23,161 bases of DNA from a virus (IMGVR_UViG_2698536622_000004), one strand, 5' to 3'; positions 8,836 through 17,128 are shown, counted from the stretch's first letter. The notes: generated by a model from the sequence alone, not told the origin. Made by a program: numbers and translations.

Positions 8836-9357
8836 ATCCCTATCCCAATCGTAAAAAAACAAGGCTAATCCTAACAGGATTAGCGGGCATGACAAACTCA
8901 TAGCCATATAGGTGTGCTGTATAAATTAGCGGGATGAGAAAGCCTGCACAGACCCTCATGTTGAAACTTGATTTTAGCTCAAAAGAGCTGACACTAAATA
9001 ACTGCGCGGAATAATGCTCCACTTTCGGTTAGCCCTTGGCCCTTGCTGGGTAAGGCGTGGGGCCGTTTTCTTCGCCTGATCCTGCTGTATCTGGCCTACA
9101 GTATGTTGTCCTTACGCGACATGCCACATGTCAGTAAACGGCAGGTGTAGCAGTATTAGACGCAGCTATTTAGTGTGTATTAAGCTGGCTCATATTTATG
9201 ACTGGTTTCAAGGTTTGACCGATTTTCATGTCATGCATGTCTATGCTGCATGAGTTCGCATGATCGTTTGAGGATCGGTTTGGCTAAGACATGCCAGAAC
9301 TGGCGAGCTTTTGCTCATGTCATGCAGGTGCATGAAAACTACTACATAAAGCGGGCA

Positions 9358-9376
9358 GGCGTGGCGGGGATACGAG
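9358..9376. other. Candidate cos (cohesive-end/packaging) site: GGCGTGGCGGGGATACGAG
   Basis: The first 13 nt (GGCGTGGCGGGGA) match my recollection of the 19-nt cohesive ends of 186 (GGCGTGGCGGGGAAAGCAT) and P2 (GGCGAGGCGGGGAAAGCAC). Located in a 590-bp non-coding region between the A-side cargo and the portal gene, where cos lies in P2-like genomes. Confidence 0.4.
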
Positions 9377-9436
9377 CGCGCGCTGTGCTGTGTGGTATAG
9401 GCCTTAATTTAGTATGATTCAATAGTGTCGGGAGCT

Positions 9437-9465
9437 TTGCGCTGATCAGTCCTAAGTTATATGAT
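9437..9465 (+). promoter_or_regulatory. Candidate sigma70 promoter for the GHKL ATPase gene (-35 TTGCGC, 17-nt spacer, -10 TATGAT)
   Basis: Hexamers read directly; about 30 nt upstream of the ATG at 9495. Weak -35. Confidence 0.3.
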
Positions 9466-9494
9466 AAGAAAAATGCATAAAAAAGGTTCGGTTC

Positions 9495-10469
9495 ATGGGG
9501 TTAGGATTAAAAGACGCTATTGTGCATACCGCTGCGTTTCATCAAAAGGAAACTAATGAATTGCAATTGCCAAACAATCATTGGCATCCTGGTTTTATCA
9601 CTGTCTTAGCAGCTTACGTGAATCATCACAAAATTACCGAAGATAACTGTGTTTTGTCATGCCCTGGCTATATGCGAGCTATCAATTTACATGGTGCTTT
9701 ATGGGGAGAGGATCAGTATCAACAGGAACGTGTAAATGTTGGAAGAAATTACAGTTTGGTTACAGCATTAACCAATGTTGAAGCTGTTGACGTTGCCACT
9801 GGTAGTATTAACAGTTGTGTAAGGCAGTTAACATTCCCTGATCGTGATCCGAGAGATTGTCCCAAGGGACTTACAGATCTAACCCATGTTATAGGTGAGC
9901 TTCACGATAACGTTTGGTCGCATGGAAAATCAACGGGTTTTTCTTTTGCACAACGTTCGGCTGTACCCCACACTCAAAAAAAAGAGCACTATTTAGAATT
10001 TTCTTTGGCGGACTGTGGGTTAGGATTTCTCCGAGAATTGCGGCGAGCTGGTATACCCGGAATTGAGACTCACCAGGATGCGATCGCATGGTGTATTCAA
10101 GAGGGACATTCATCTAAGCATGCTGATTTGCAGGATGATTGGGCACAGCAGCTTCCCCAGGACTTTATTGGGGGTAGTGTGTTTGGCCACGGGGTTTCGG
10201 TCAAAGAAAAAGATAATAATCATCAAGGGCTTGGGTTGTATCACTTGATGAAATTGATAAAAACATATAATGGGGAATTGCAACTGGCTTCAGGAAATGT
10301 ATGCTTAGAAGCAATAGGTGATGAAGTGAGCTATACTGAATTACGTACTGAATGGCCGGGTGTAGCAATTTCTTGCCGTTTTAAGATTCATGAACTGGCA
10401 GTCGATAAAGATAGCGAAGAAAATGACCCTCAGCTTATGGAAATAATGCGGGCGTTAGGAGGAGAGTAA
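9495..10469 (+). CDS. Histidine-kinase-like (GHKL/Bergerat-fold) ATPase, 324 aa, with a ~130-aa N-terminal region of unknown function and no DHp/phospho-acceptor domain
   Basis: N-box-like ELHDNVWSH, D/G1-box-like DCGLGF and G2-box-like QGLGLYHL in the expected order. AT-rich. Stop TAA overlaps the next gene's ATG by 1 nt. Confidence 0.7.
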   Translation: MGLGLKDAIVHTAAFHQKETNELQLPNNHWHPGFITVLAAYVNHHKITEDNCVLSCPGYMRAINLHGALWGEDQYQQERVNVGRNYSLVTALTNVEAVDVATGSINSCVRQLTFPDRDPRDCPKGLTDLTHVIGELHDNVWSHGKSTGFSFAQRSAVPHTQKKEHYLEFSLADCGLGFLRELRRAGIPGIETHQDAIAWCIQEGHSSKHADLQDDWAQQLPQDFIGGSVFGHGVSVKEKDNNHQGLGLYHLMKLIKTYNGELQLASGNVCLEAIGDEVSYTELRTEWPGVAISCRFKIHELAVDKDSEENDPQLMEIMRALGGE

Positions 10470-10807
10470 TGAACAAAATCGCATACAAGTTACCCGAGGG
10501 TGACCTGGCTTCGCGCAATCAGGCTATCCCCCAACGACACAAGATTGAAGGGTTCATTAAAGAAGGGTATACCGTAGATTTAGATCTGAGCGGTGTTTAT
10601 TCAATTTCAGAATCATACTCTGATGAAATCTTTGGTGTTTTGGTAGTGAAATTCGGTGTAACCAAAGTTTTGAGTCAAGTTAAGGTTCGCAATGCACCCC
10701 CTTCAATTTTAAAAAGTATTGCAAAAGTGATCCAACGCCGTAGTAATGAAGTAGCATCAAAAAAGGTTCATTCCGTTGGATTTGATGGTTTATACGCCGT
10801 TTGTTAA
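10469..10807 (+). CDS. Small STAS-like protein, 112 aa (DUF4325-like; anti-sigma-factor-antagonist-like fold predicted)
   Basis: Core segment YTVDLDLSGVYSISESYSDEIFGVLVVKFG resembles the DUF4325/STAS-like pattern (hydrophobic-LDF-x-GV...S-x-DE-x-FG). AGGAGGAG SD lies inside the end of the upstream gene, indicating translational coupling. Confidence 0.55.
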   Translation: MNKIAYKLPEGDLASRNQAIPQRHKIEGFIKEGYTVDLDLSGVYSISESYSDEIFGVLVVKFGVTKVLSQVKVRNAPPSILKSIAKVIQRRSNEVASKKVHSVGFDGLYAVC

Positions 10808-10824
10808 TATATGGTTAGTTAGAT

Positions 10825-10850
10825 AAAAGGCGCTGAGATTAGCGCCTTTT
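10825..10850. terminator. Bidirectional intrinsic terminator (AAAAGGCGCT-GAGATT-AGCGCCTTTT)
   Basis: Hairpin with flanking A and T runs, lying between the STAS-like gene stop (10807) and the portal gene stop (10854), which converge on it. Confidence 0.6.
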
Positions 10851-10853
10851 CTT

Positions 10854-11891
10854 TTATTCCTGAACACCTAAAACATAGTCATCAAAACGTATTACTTCTG
10901 CACCCACCCATTCGTTTAGTTCATGTAGTCGCTTCTGTAGTGGCATCAATTCATTGCGAACAAATACAAGACTAGCCTTCTCCACATCCCCAAAACCCCC
11001 AACATTATTTGGCATAATCCCCATCATCTGTGGCGGAACGCGATGTGCTGCCATCATGTCATCGCGGCTGACATTTTTGATATTCAGAAACTCATCCTTC
11101 GCCGCAACTTCTGACAAAGGGATGATCTGAAGGCCGTCCTTTTTGCCGTTAGGCGAGTACATAAACAGGTTGCGGAAGTTGCCTGGACCTTTGGCGCTTT
11201 TCATCGCGTTGCGGAGATTGTTCACATCCTCCTGATTCTGCGCGGCGTCGGTCATGTACATGATGAAGCCTGCATGGCTGCCGTTGATGTAATACTTACG
11301 GCGGAACAGCGTGGCGGACTCATTGAGCAGGGCTGACGGAATGGCAGAAAGATAGCCGGGCAGGCCGTAGATCTCCTGGTTAATGTCCGGTTCCATCAGA
11401 TGAAAGATGCTGCCTTTCGTGAACTGATACGGCTGTGTTGTCATACCGTATTGCACAAACCAGTAGGTATCCAGGTCTAACCCGCGTCGGGTGTATTTTG
11501 CCAGGGCCGGTTCAAGGGCGATAACTTCACCGAAGCGGTTCGTGCGTTTCTCCAGGTAGGCGTTACCAAATACCAGATAGTCCTGCACAAAACGTGAAAA
11601 AGCCTGCTGGCTGAGCAGCGGGTGAGGGATGTAGGTACTGGTCAGAATGTTGCACTTTACTGCAATCGGGGAACTGTGATGCACAGCAGCGCGGAAGGTG
11701 CGCGCCAGTCCGTCAAAGCTGACAGGAGGCTCATACCAGCGATCTGTCTGTACGCATTCCACATAGTCCAGCAGTTCGCGGCGGTCAAGTACTGGAATGG
11801 GATCACCGAAGCTGAATGCTTCGGCTGTAGTCTGGCTTTTAAGCTGGCTCTGTTTCGTCGCCGCAGCGCGGTTCTTCTTACTCTTTCCCAT
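10854..11891 (-). CDS. Q: Capsid portal protein (P2 gpQ family), 345 aa
   Basis: Length and position next to the terminase ATPase gene. ATG start overlaps the P stop (TGATG); the track start at 11894 is TTG. Confidence 0.9.
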   Translation of the reverse strand: MGKSKKNRAAATKQSQLKSQTTAEAFSFGDPIPVLDRRELLDYVECVQTDRWYEPPVSFDGLARTFRAAVHHSSPIAVKCNILTSTYIPHPLLSQQAFSRFVQDYLVFGNAYLEKRTNRFGEVIALEPALAKYTRRGLDLDTYWFVQYGMTTQPYQFTKGSIFHLMEPDINQEIYGLPGYLSAIPSALLNESATLFRRKYYINGSHAGFIMYMTDAAQNQEDVNNLRNAMKSAKGPGNFRNLFMYSPNGKKDGLQIIPLSEVAAKDEFLNIKNVSRDDMMAAHRVPPQMMGIMPNNVGGFGDVEKASLVFVRNELMPLQKRLHELNEWVGAEVIRFDDYVLGVQE

Positions 11892-13657
11892 CAAAAAATC
11901 TCCACAATATTGCTGGTATTGGCGGACTCGCCCTGCAGCGGTTCGTTAAAGAGTGCGTGCATTGTTGCCCAGGCCAGATCGGCATGGCTGGCTTCTTCGC
12001 TGCGGCTGGCTTCATAGGTCGGGCGGTTGCCGCTGGCGGTGGTGGCGCGACGGATTGCCATGAATGACTGCGCAATGTCGGTGTGTCCGGCGTCAAATTC
12101 TAGGCGGCGGTGACTGATAATGTCGTAGGCCTTGAGTACCAGGGCGTTTTTAACGTTGGGGTTGTAGACAAACTCCCGGACGGCAGGAAAGAATGCTTTC
12201 ACGTTCTCGTAAACCCCGTGGCCGACGCCAGTTGAGTCGATGCCGATGTATGTCACGTTGTACTGTTCGGTCAGTTTTTTGATGGCGTCAGCCTGGGCGC
12301 GGAAGTCCATCCCGCGCCACTGGTGACGCTCAAGAATGCGGAACTTACCGCCCGGCACGGCTGGCGGTGCCACCACTACGCATCCGGCGCTGTCGCCGTT
12401 TTGCGTACCTTTTGCCGGGTCATAACCGATCCACACTTCGCGCCAGCCAAAGGGGCGCAGAGCCAGTGCATGAAAGTCGGTCCAGACTTCCCAGCTGTCC
12501 ACCATGCACGCCTGCAGCTCGCTGAGCGGGAACACGGACGCGAGATCGTCCACGAACTCGCACATCAGCAGGTTCTGGTATTCGTCCGGGCTGTACTCCA
12601 TGCGCAACTGGTCAAGGTCGAACAGGTTACAGCCGCCGCGCACCGCATCTTCCACGGTGACTATCTGGCGGTATTGCCCGTCTGCGCACAGCAGGCCGGG
12701 GGCCAGATTGCTGTGGGACAGGTCGATGTCCACCTTATCGGCTTTGTTGCGCCCACGGTTGAACAGCGCACCGGACCAGAACGGATAAGCACTGTGTGTC
12801 AGGCTGGATGGCGTGGAAAAATAGGTTTGTCGCCATTTTTTGTGAATAGCCATACCGGAAGCCACTTTGCGCAGCTCCTGGAATTTTGGTATCCAGAAAT
12901 ATTCATCCAGATACAGGTTGCCGTGATAACTCTGGGCAGTGCGGGCATTGGTGCCGAGGAAGTAAAGCGTGGCCCCGTTGGGAAGCACCATCGGATCGCC
13001 TTTCAGCTCCACCTCCACTTCTTTGGCGAAGTCGATGATGTACTGTTTAAAGACGTGGGCCTGTGCCTTACTGGCGGAAAGGAAAATCTGGTTACGTCCG
13101 GTAAGCAGGGCGTCAATCAGGGCTTCACGGGCAAAGTAAAAGGTCGCGCCGATCTGGCGTGACTTCAGCAGGTTGCGGATGCGGTTGGTTTTTCCGGCTT
13201 CCCACCAGTGGCGCTGGTAGTTGAACATGGAGGAATGGAAAATTTCTTCCAGCTTCTCAATCTGTTCATCGGTGAAAACGTTCTTTTCCGGCTGACGGCG
13301 CGGGCTTTTGTTGCGGTTGGCGACGTTAGGGTTTAAGTCGGCTTCGTTGCCGCCATTGTTAAACTTGCCGATCCGCGCGTGGCGTTCCGACTGGCGCGCC
13401 AGCAGGTCAATCTCTTTGAAATCTTTCCCTTCTTTGTGCTCCTTCATGATGAGCTGGCAGTAGCGTGCGGCGGTGGTGAGCTGCATCTGATCCAGCGGCC
13501 CATAATCACCCCACTTGTCGCGTTTTTTCCAGCTGTGAACGGTTGCAACTTTCTCGCCCAGCATTTCAGCAATGCGGGCTACGCGGTATCCCTGAAAGTA
13601 CAGCAGCATGGCCTGCCGACGGGGATCGAGATCTGCGGGTGTCAGTGTGGTGTTCAT
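11891..13657 (-). CDS. P: Terminase large (ATPase) subunit (P2 gpP family), 588 aa
   Basis: Large ORF divergent from the O-N-M-L capsid operon, as in P2. Coordinates taken from the ORF track; my own base count near the start codon was off by one against the track and I could not resolve it by eye. Confidence 0.85.
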   Translation of the reverse strand: MNTTLTPADLDPRRQAMLLYFQGYRVARIAEMLGEKVATVHSWKKRDKWGDYGPLDQMQLTTAARYCQLIMKEHKEGKDFKEIDLLARQSERHARIGKFNNGGNEADLNPNVANRNKSPRRQPEKNVFTDEQIEKLEEIFHSSMFNYQRHWWEAGKTNRIRNLLKSRQIGATFYFAREALIDALLTGRNQIFLSASKAQAHVFKQYIIDFAKEVEVELKGDPMVLPNGATLYFLGTNARTAQSYHGNLYLDEYFWIPKFQELRKVASGMAIHKKWRQTYFSTPSSLTHSAYPFWSGALFNRGRNKADKVDIDLSHSNLAPGLLCADGQYRQIVTVEDAVRGGCNLFDLDQLRMEYSPDEYQNLLMCEFVDDLASVFPLSELQACMVDSWEVWTDFHALALRPFGWREVWIGYDPAKGTQNGDSAGCVVVAPPAVPGGKFRILERHQWRGMDFRAQADAIKKLTEQYNVTYIGIDSTGVGHGVYENVKAFFPAVREFVYNPNVKNALVLKAYDIISHRRLEFDAGHTDIAQSFMAIRRATTASGNRPTYEASRSEEASHADLAWATMHALFNEPLQGESANTSNIVEIF

Positions 13658-13703
13658 GGCACAAACCTACAGCCTTGAATGAAGGCTTTCCCCGCCTGCG
13701 GTT

Positions 13704-13721
13704 TGTGTGGTTGTCGGTACA
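13704..13721. promoter_or_regulatory. TGT-N12-ACA dyad in the divergent P/O promoter region (candidate Ogr/B late-activator site)
   Basis: TGTGTGGTTGTCGGTACA read directly. P2-family late promoters are known to carry a TGT-N12-ACA activator site upstream of the -35 region. Confidence 0.45.
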
Positions 13722-13799
13722 AATACCGCGCATTGTTTCACTGCCCCCATCACCGCAACCATAAGGCTCCAGTAAGTTTTTTCTAACGGAGCACGGCTC

Positions 13800-14633
13800 A
13801 TGACAGTGAAAGCAAAGCGTTTTCGCATCGGGGTGGAAGGTGCCACCACCGACGGACGCGAAATCCAGCGTGAATGGCTGGAACAGATGGCAGCCAGCTA
13901 CAACCCGGCGGTGTATACCGCGCTGATTAACCTTGAGCACATCAAGTCTTATCTGCCGGACAGCACCTTTAACCGCTACGGCAAGGTGACGGCGCTGTTT
14001 GCTGAAGAAATCACGGAAGGCCCGCTGGCAGGCAAGATGGCGCTGTATGCCGACGTTGAGCCAACGGAGTCCCTGGTGGAACTGGTGAAAAAAGGACAGA
14101 AATTATTCACCTCTATGGAAGTCAGCCCGAAGTTTGCTGATACGGGCAAAGCCTACCTGGTCGGCCTGGCTGCCACTGATGATCCCGCCAGTCTGGGTAC
14201 GGAAATGCTGACATTCAGCGCCAGTGCAGCCCATAACCCGCTGGCAAACCGCAAGCAGAATCCTGCCAATCTCTTTACCGCTGCAGAGGAAACGGTGATC
14301 GAACTGGAAGAAATCCAGGACGACAAACCGTCCCTGTTTGCCCGCGTCACGGCGCTGTTTACCAAAAAAGAGCAGTCCGATGACGCCCGGTTCTCTGATG
14401 TGCATAAGGCCGTGGAGCTGGTCGCCACTGAGCAGCAGAACCTGAGCGCACGCACCGAAAAATCCCTGTCTGAGCAGGAAGAACGCCTGTCTGAGCTGGA
14501 GACTGCCCTGCAGGCACAGCAAACCGCCTTTAACGAACTGGTGGACAAGCTGAGTCATGAAGACAGCCGCCAGGACTACCGCCAGCGTGCAACAGGCGGT
14601 AACGCCCCCGCTGACACTCTGACCAATTGCTGA
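13800..14633 (+). CDS. O: Capsid scaffolding protein (P2 gpO family), 277 aa
   Basis: First gene of the rightward capsid operon; N-terminus (KRFRIGVEGATTDGREI..., LINLEH) resembles gpO. Confidence 0.85.
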   Translation: MTVKAKRFRIGVEGATTDGREIQREWLEQMAASYNPAVYTALINLEHIKSYLPDSTFNRYGKVTALFAEEITEGPLAGKMALYADVEPTESLVELVKKGQKLFTSMEVSPKFADTGKAYLVGLAATDDPASLGTEMLTFSASAAHNPLANRKQNPANLFTAAEETVIELEEIQDDKPSLFARVTALFTKKEQSDDARFSDVHKAVELVATEQQNLSARTEKSLSEQEERLSELETALQAQQTAFNELVDKLSHEDSRQDYRQRATGGNAPADTLTNC

Positions 14634-14649
14634 TGGAGCACAAAACCCG

Positions 14650-15708
14650 ATGAAGAAGAATACCCGCTTTGCTTTTAACGCTTACCTGCAGCAGCTGGCG
14701 CGTCTGAACGGTGTGGCAGTTGAAGAACTGTCCAGCAAGTTCACCGTAGAGCCGTCTGTGCAGCAGACGCTGGAAGACCAGATCCAGCAGTCCGCCGCTT
14801 TCCTGACGCTGATTAACGTCACGCCAGTGACTGAGCAGTCCGGTCAGCTGCTGGGGCTGGGTGTTGGCAGCACCATTGCCGGAACCACTGACACCACCGC
14901 GAAAGAGCGTGAACCTGTCGATCCGACGCTGATGGTCGATGTGGAATACAAATGCGAACAGACCAACTTTGACACCGTGCTGACCTACGCGAAGCTGGAC
15001 CTGTGGGCGAAGTTTCAGGATTTCCAGGTGCGTATCCGTAACGCCATCGTGAAACGTCAGGCACTGGACCGCATCATGATCGGCTTTAACGGCGTGAAGC
15101 GTGCGAAAACCTCCAACCGTAGCGAAAACCCGCTACTGCAGGATGTGAATAAAGGCTGGCTGCAGAAAATCCGTGAGGATGCACCGGATCACGTCATGGG
15201 CAGCACCACCACGGGCGGTGAAACCACACCGGGTGCGGTGAAAGTCGGGAAAGGTGGCGAATATGCCAACCTGGACGCCGTGGTGATGGATGCCGTTAAC
15301 GAGCTTATCGACGTGGTCTATCAGGACGATGACGATCTGGTTGTGATTTGCGGTCGTGAACTGCTGTCTGACAAGTATTTCCCGCTGGTCAACAAAGAGC
15401 AGGAAAACAGTGAAAAACTGGCTGCCGATATGATCATCAGTCAGAAACGCATGGGTGGCCTGCAGGCCGTGCGTGCGCCGTTCTTCCCGCCGAATGCGCT
15501 GCTGATCACCCGTCTGGATAACCTGTCCATCTACTGGCAGGAAGACACCCGCCGTCGTTCGGTTATCGACAACCCGAAACGTGACCGGATTGAAAACTTT
15601 GAATCCGTTAATGAAGCCTATGTGGTTGAGGACTACCGCTGCGCCGCACTGGTGGAAAACATCCAGATTGGTGATTTCAGCGCCGCCGCAGCCGAAACCG
15701 GAGCGTAA
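14650..15708 (+). CDS. N: Major capsid protein (P2 gpN family), 352 aa
   Basis: Strong resemblance to gpN along its length (FAFNAYL, KFTVEPSV, GFNGVKRA, VVEDY). Confidence 0.9.
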   Translation: MKKNTRFAFNAYLQQLARLNGVAVEELSSKFTVEPSVQQTLEDQIQQSAAFLTLINVTPVTEQSGQLLGLGVGSTIAGTTDTTAKEREPVDPTLMVDVEYKCEQTNFDTVLTYAKLDLWAKFQDFQVRIRNAIVKRQALDRIMIGFNGVKRAKTSNRSENPLLQDVNKGWLQKIREDAPDHVMGSTTTGGETTPGAVKVGKGGEYANLDAVVMDAVNELIDVVYQDDDDLVVICGRELLSDKYFPLVNKEQENSEKLAADMIISQKRMGGLQAVRAPFFPPNALLITRLDNLSIYWQEDTRRRSVIDNPKRDRIENFESVNEAYVVEDYRCAALVENIQIGDFSAAAAETGA

Positions 15709-15711
15709 TCC

Positions 15712-16362
15712 ATGAGCCTGAGTCCCGCACGGCAGCATCGCCTGCGCGTTCAGGCTGAACAGGCCGCCCGCGAGGGCGGCAGTGTTCGCCACGCATCGGG
15801 CTATGACCTGATGCTGCTGCAACTGGCGGAAGACCGCCGCCGTCTCAAGGGCGTTCAGTCCACGGTCAAAAAAGCGGAAATCAAGGTGGAGCTGCTGCCG
15901 AAGTACGCCGCCTGGGCAGAGGGTGTCCTGGCTGCCGGAGGCGCTCAACAGGATGACGTGCTGATGTACGTGATGCTGTGGCGCATTGATGCCGGAGATT
16001 ATGCCGGAGCGCTGGAGATCGGGCGTCATGCCCTGCGTCATGGCTGGGTGATGCCGCTGGGTAACCGCAACGTGCAGACCGTGCTGGCAGAGGAAATGGC
16101 AGACGCCGCGCAGAGCGCAATGCTTGCCACCACCGGCTTTGATGCCGATCTGTTGCTGCAGACGCTGGAGCTGACAGACGGTCTGGATATGCCGGACCAG
16201 TCACGGGCGCGTCTGCATAAAGCGATTGGCGCGGTCCTGAGTGAAAGCAATCCGGCGTCTGCCCTTAATCATCTCAACCATGCGTTACAGCTCGATCCCC
16301 GCTGTGGCGTGAAAAAAGACAAACAGCAGCTGGAGCGCAGACTGCGCAATGACAGCCGCTGA
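15712..16362 (+). CDS. M: Terminase small (DNA-recognition/endonuclease) subunit (P2 gpM family), 216 aa
   Basis: Position after N and gpM-like segments (ELLPKYAAWAEGVL, GAQQDDVLMYVMLWRID, AGALEIGRHAL, QLDPRCGVKK). Confidence 0.85.
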   Translation: MSLSPARQHRLRVQAEQAAREGGSVRHASGYDLMLLQLAEDRRRLKGVQSTVKKAEIKVELLPKYAAWAEGVLAAGGAQQDDVLMYVMLWRIDAGDYAGALEIGRHALRHGWVMPLGNRNVQTVLAEEMADAAQSAMLATTGFDADLLLQTLELTDGLDMPDQSRARLHKAIGAVLSESNPASALNHLNHALQLDPRCGVKKDKQQLERRLRNDSR

Positions 16363-16457
16363 CAGAACGTGCCCCCGCGCACGGGCGGCACGGGGTGGCG
16401 AAAGGCACTGCCACATCAAAACCCCGTCCACCGCCCTCTATTTCAGGAGAAAGCAGC

Positions 16458-16922
16458 ATGAAGTTTGTTGCGCCAGAACAGGCACCGGAACAGGCGGAAA
16501 TCATCAGAAATACGCCGTTCTGGCCTGATGTGGACCTGTCGGAGTTTCGCAGTGTCATGCGCACTGACGGCACGGTGACGCAGCCGCGTTTAAAGCAGGT
16601 TGCGCTGTCGGCAATTTCGGAGGTCAACGCAGAGCTGTATGAGTTTCGCAGACGCCAGCAGATGCTGGGGTATGCCTCGCTGGCAGAGGTTCCGGCGGAA
16701 CAGCTGGACGGCAAAAGTGAGCGCATTCAGCACTATTTCAACGCGGTTTACTGCTGGGCACGCGCCATGCTCAACGAACGTTACCAGGACTATGACGCCA
16801 CGGCATCCGGTGTGAAGCGGGGCGAGGAACTGGCGGAAGCCAGCGGTGATTTATGGCGTGACGCCCGCTGGGCCATCAGCCGGGTACAGGACGCGCCGCA
16901 CTGCACAGTGGAGCTTATCTGA
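16458..16922 (+). CDS. L: Capsid completion / head stabilisation protein (P2 gpL family), 154 aa
   Basis: ATG at 16458 with GGAG 8 nt upstream (the track start at 16395 lies upstream). gpL-like segments (NTPFWPDVDL, NAELYEFRRRQ, LWRDARWAISR). Confidence 0.85.
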   Translation: MKFVAPEQAPEQAEIIRNTPFWPDVDLSEFRSVMRTDGTVTQPRLKQVALSAISEVNAELYEFRRRQQMLGYASLAEVPAEQLDGKSERIQHYFNAVYCWARAMLNERYQDYDATASGVKRGEELAEASGDLWRDARWAISRVQDAPHCTVELI

Positions 16923-17125
16923 TGAAAGTGCGTGCGCATCAGTATGACACGGTGGACGCGCTTTGCTGGCGTCATTACGGGCGCACGCAGGGTGTCACGG
17001 AGCAGGTACTGAAGGCAAATCCGGGGCTTGCCGAATATGGCCCCTTTTTACCTCACGGGCTGCAGGTGGAGCTGCCGGACATTCCGACAACCACCACCGT
17101 GCAGACCGTCCAGCTATGGGACTGA
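16922..17125 (+). CDS. X: Tail protein X (P2 gpX family), 67 aa
   Basis: 67-aa ORF overlapping the L stop (TGATG), in the conserved position between L and the lysis genes. Confidence 0.8.
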   Translation: MKVRAHQYDTVDALCWRHYGRTQGVTEQVLKANPGLAEYGPFLPHGLQVELPDIPTTTTVQTVQLWD

Positions 17126-17128
17126 ATT

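Noticed and set aside
8840-9022. 60-aa minus-strand ORF in the cos-proximal non-coding region
   Set aside because: No SD and a hydrophobic low-complexity translation; it overlaps the promoter/operator-like repeats upstream of the lipoprotein gene.
9495-10469. Interpreting the GHKL protein as a canonical two-component sensor histidine kinase
   Set aside because: No recognisable H-box/DHp phospho-acceptor segment precedes the ATPase boxes and no response regulator is adjacent; the partner is STAS-like, which fits a partner-switching or non-kinase ATPase role better.
12323-13162. 279-aa plus-strand ORF antisense to the terminase large subunit gene
   Set aside because: Entirely embedded in the opposite strand of gene P; Gly/Ala/His-rich translation typical of antisense frames in GC-rich coding DNA.
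15133-16041. 302-aa minus-strand ORF spanning the N/M junction
   Set aside because: Antisense to the major capsid and small terminase genes, which have clear homology; no independent support.
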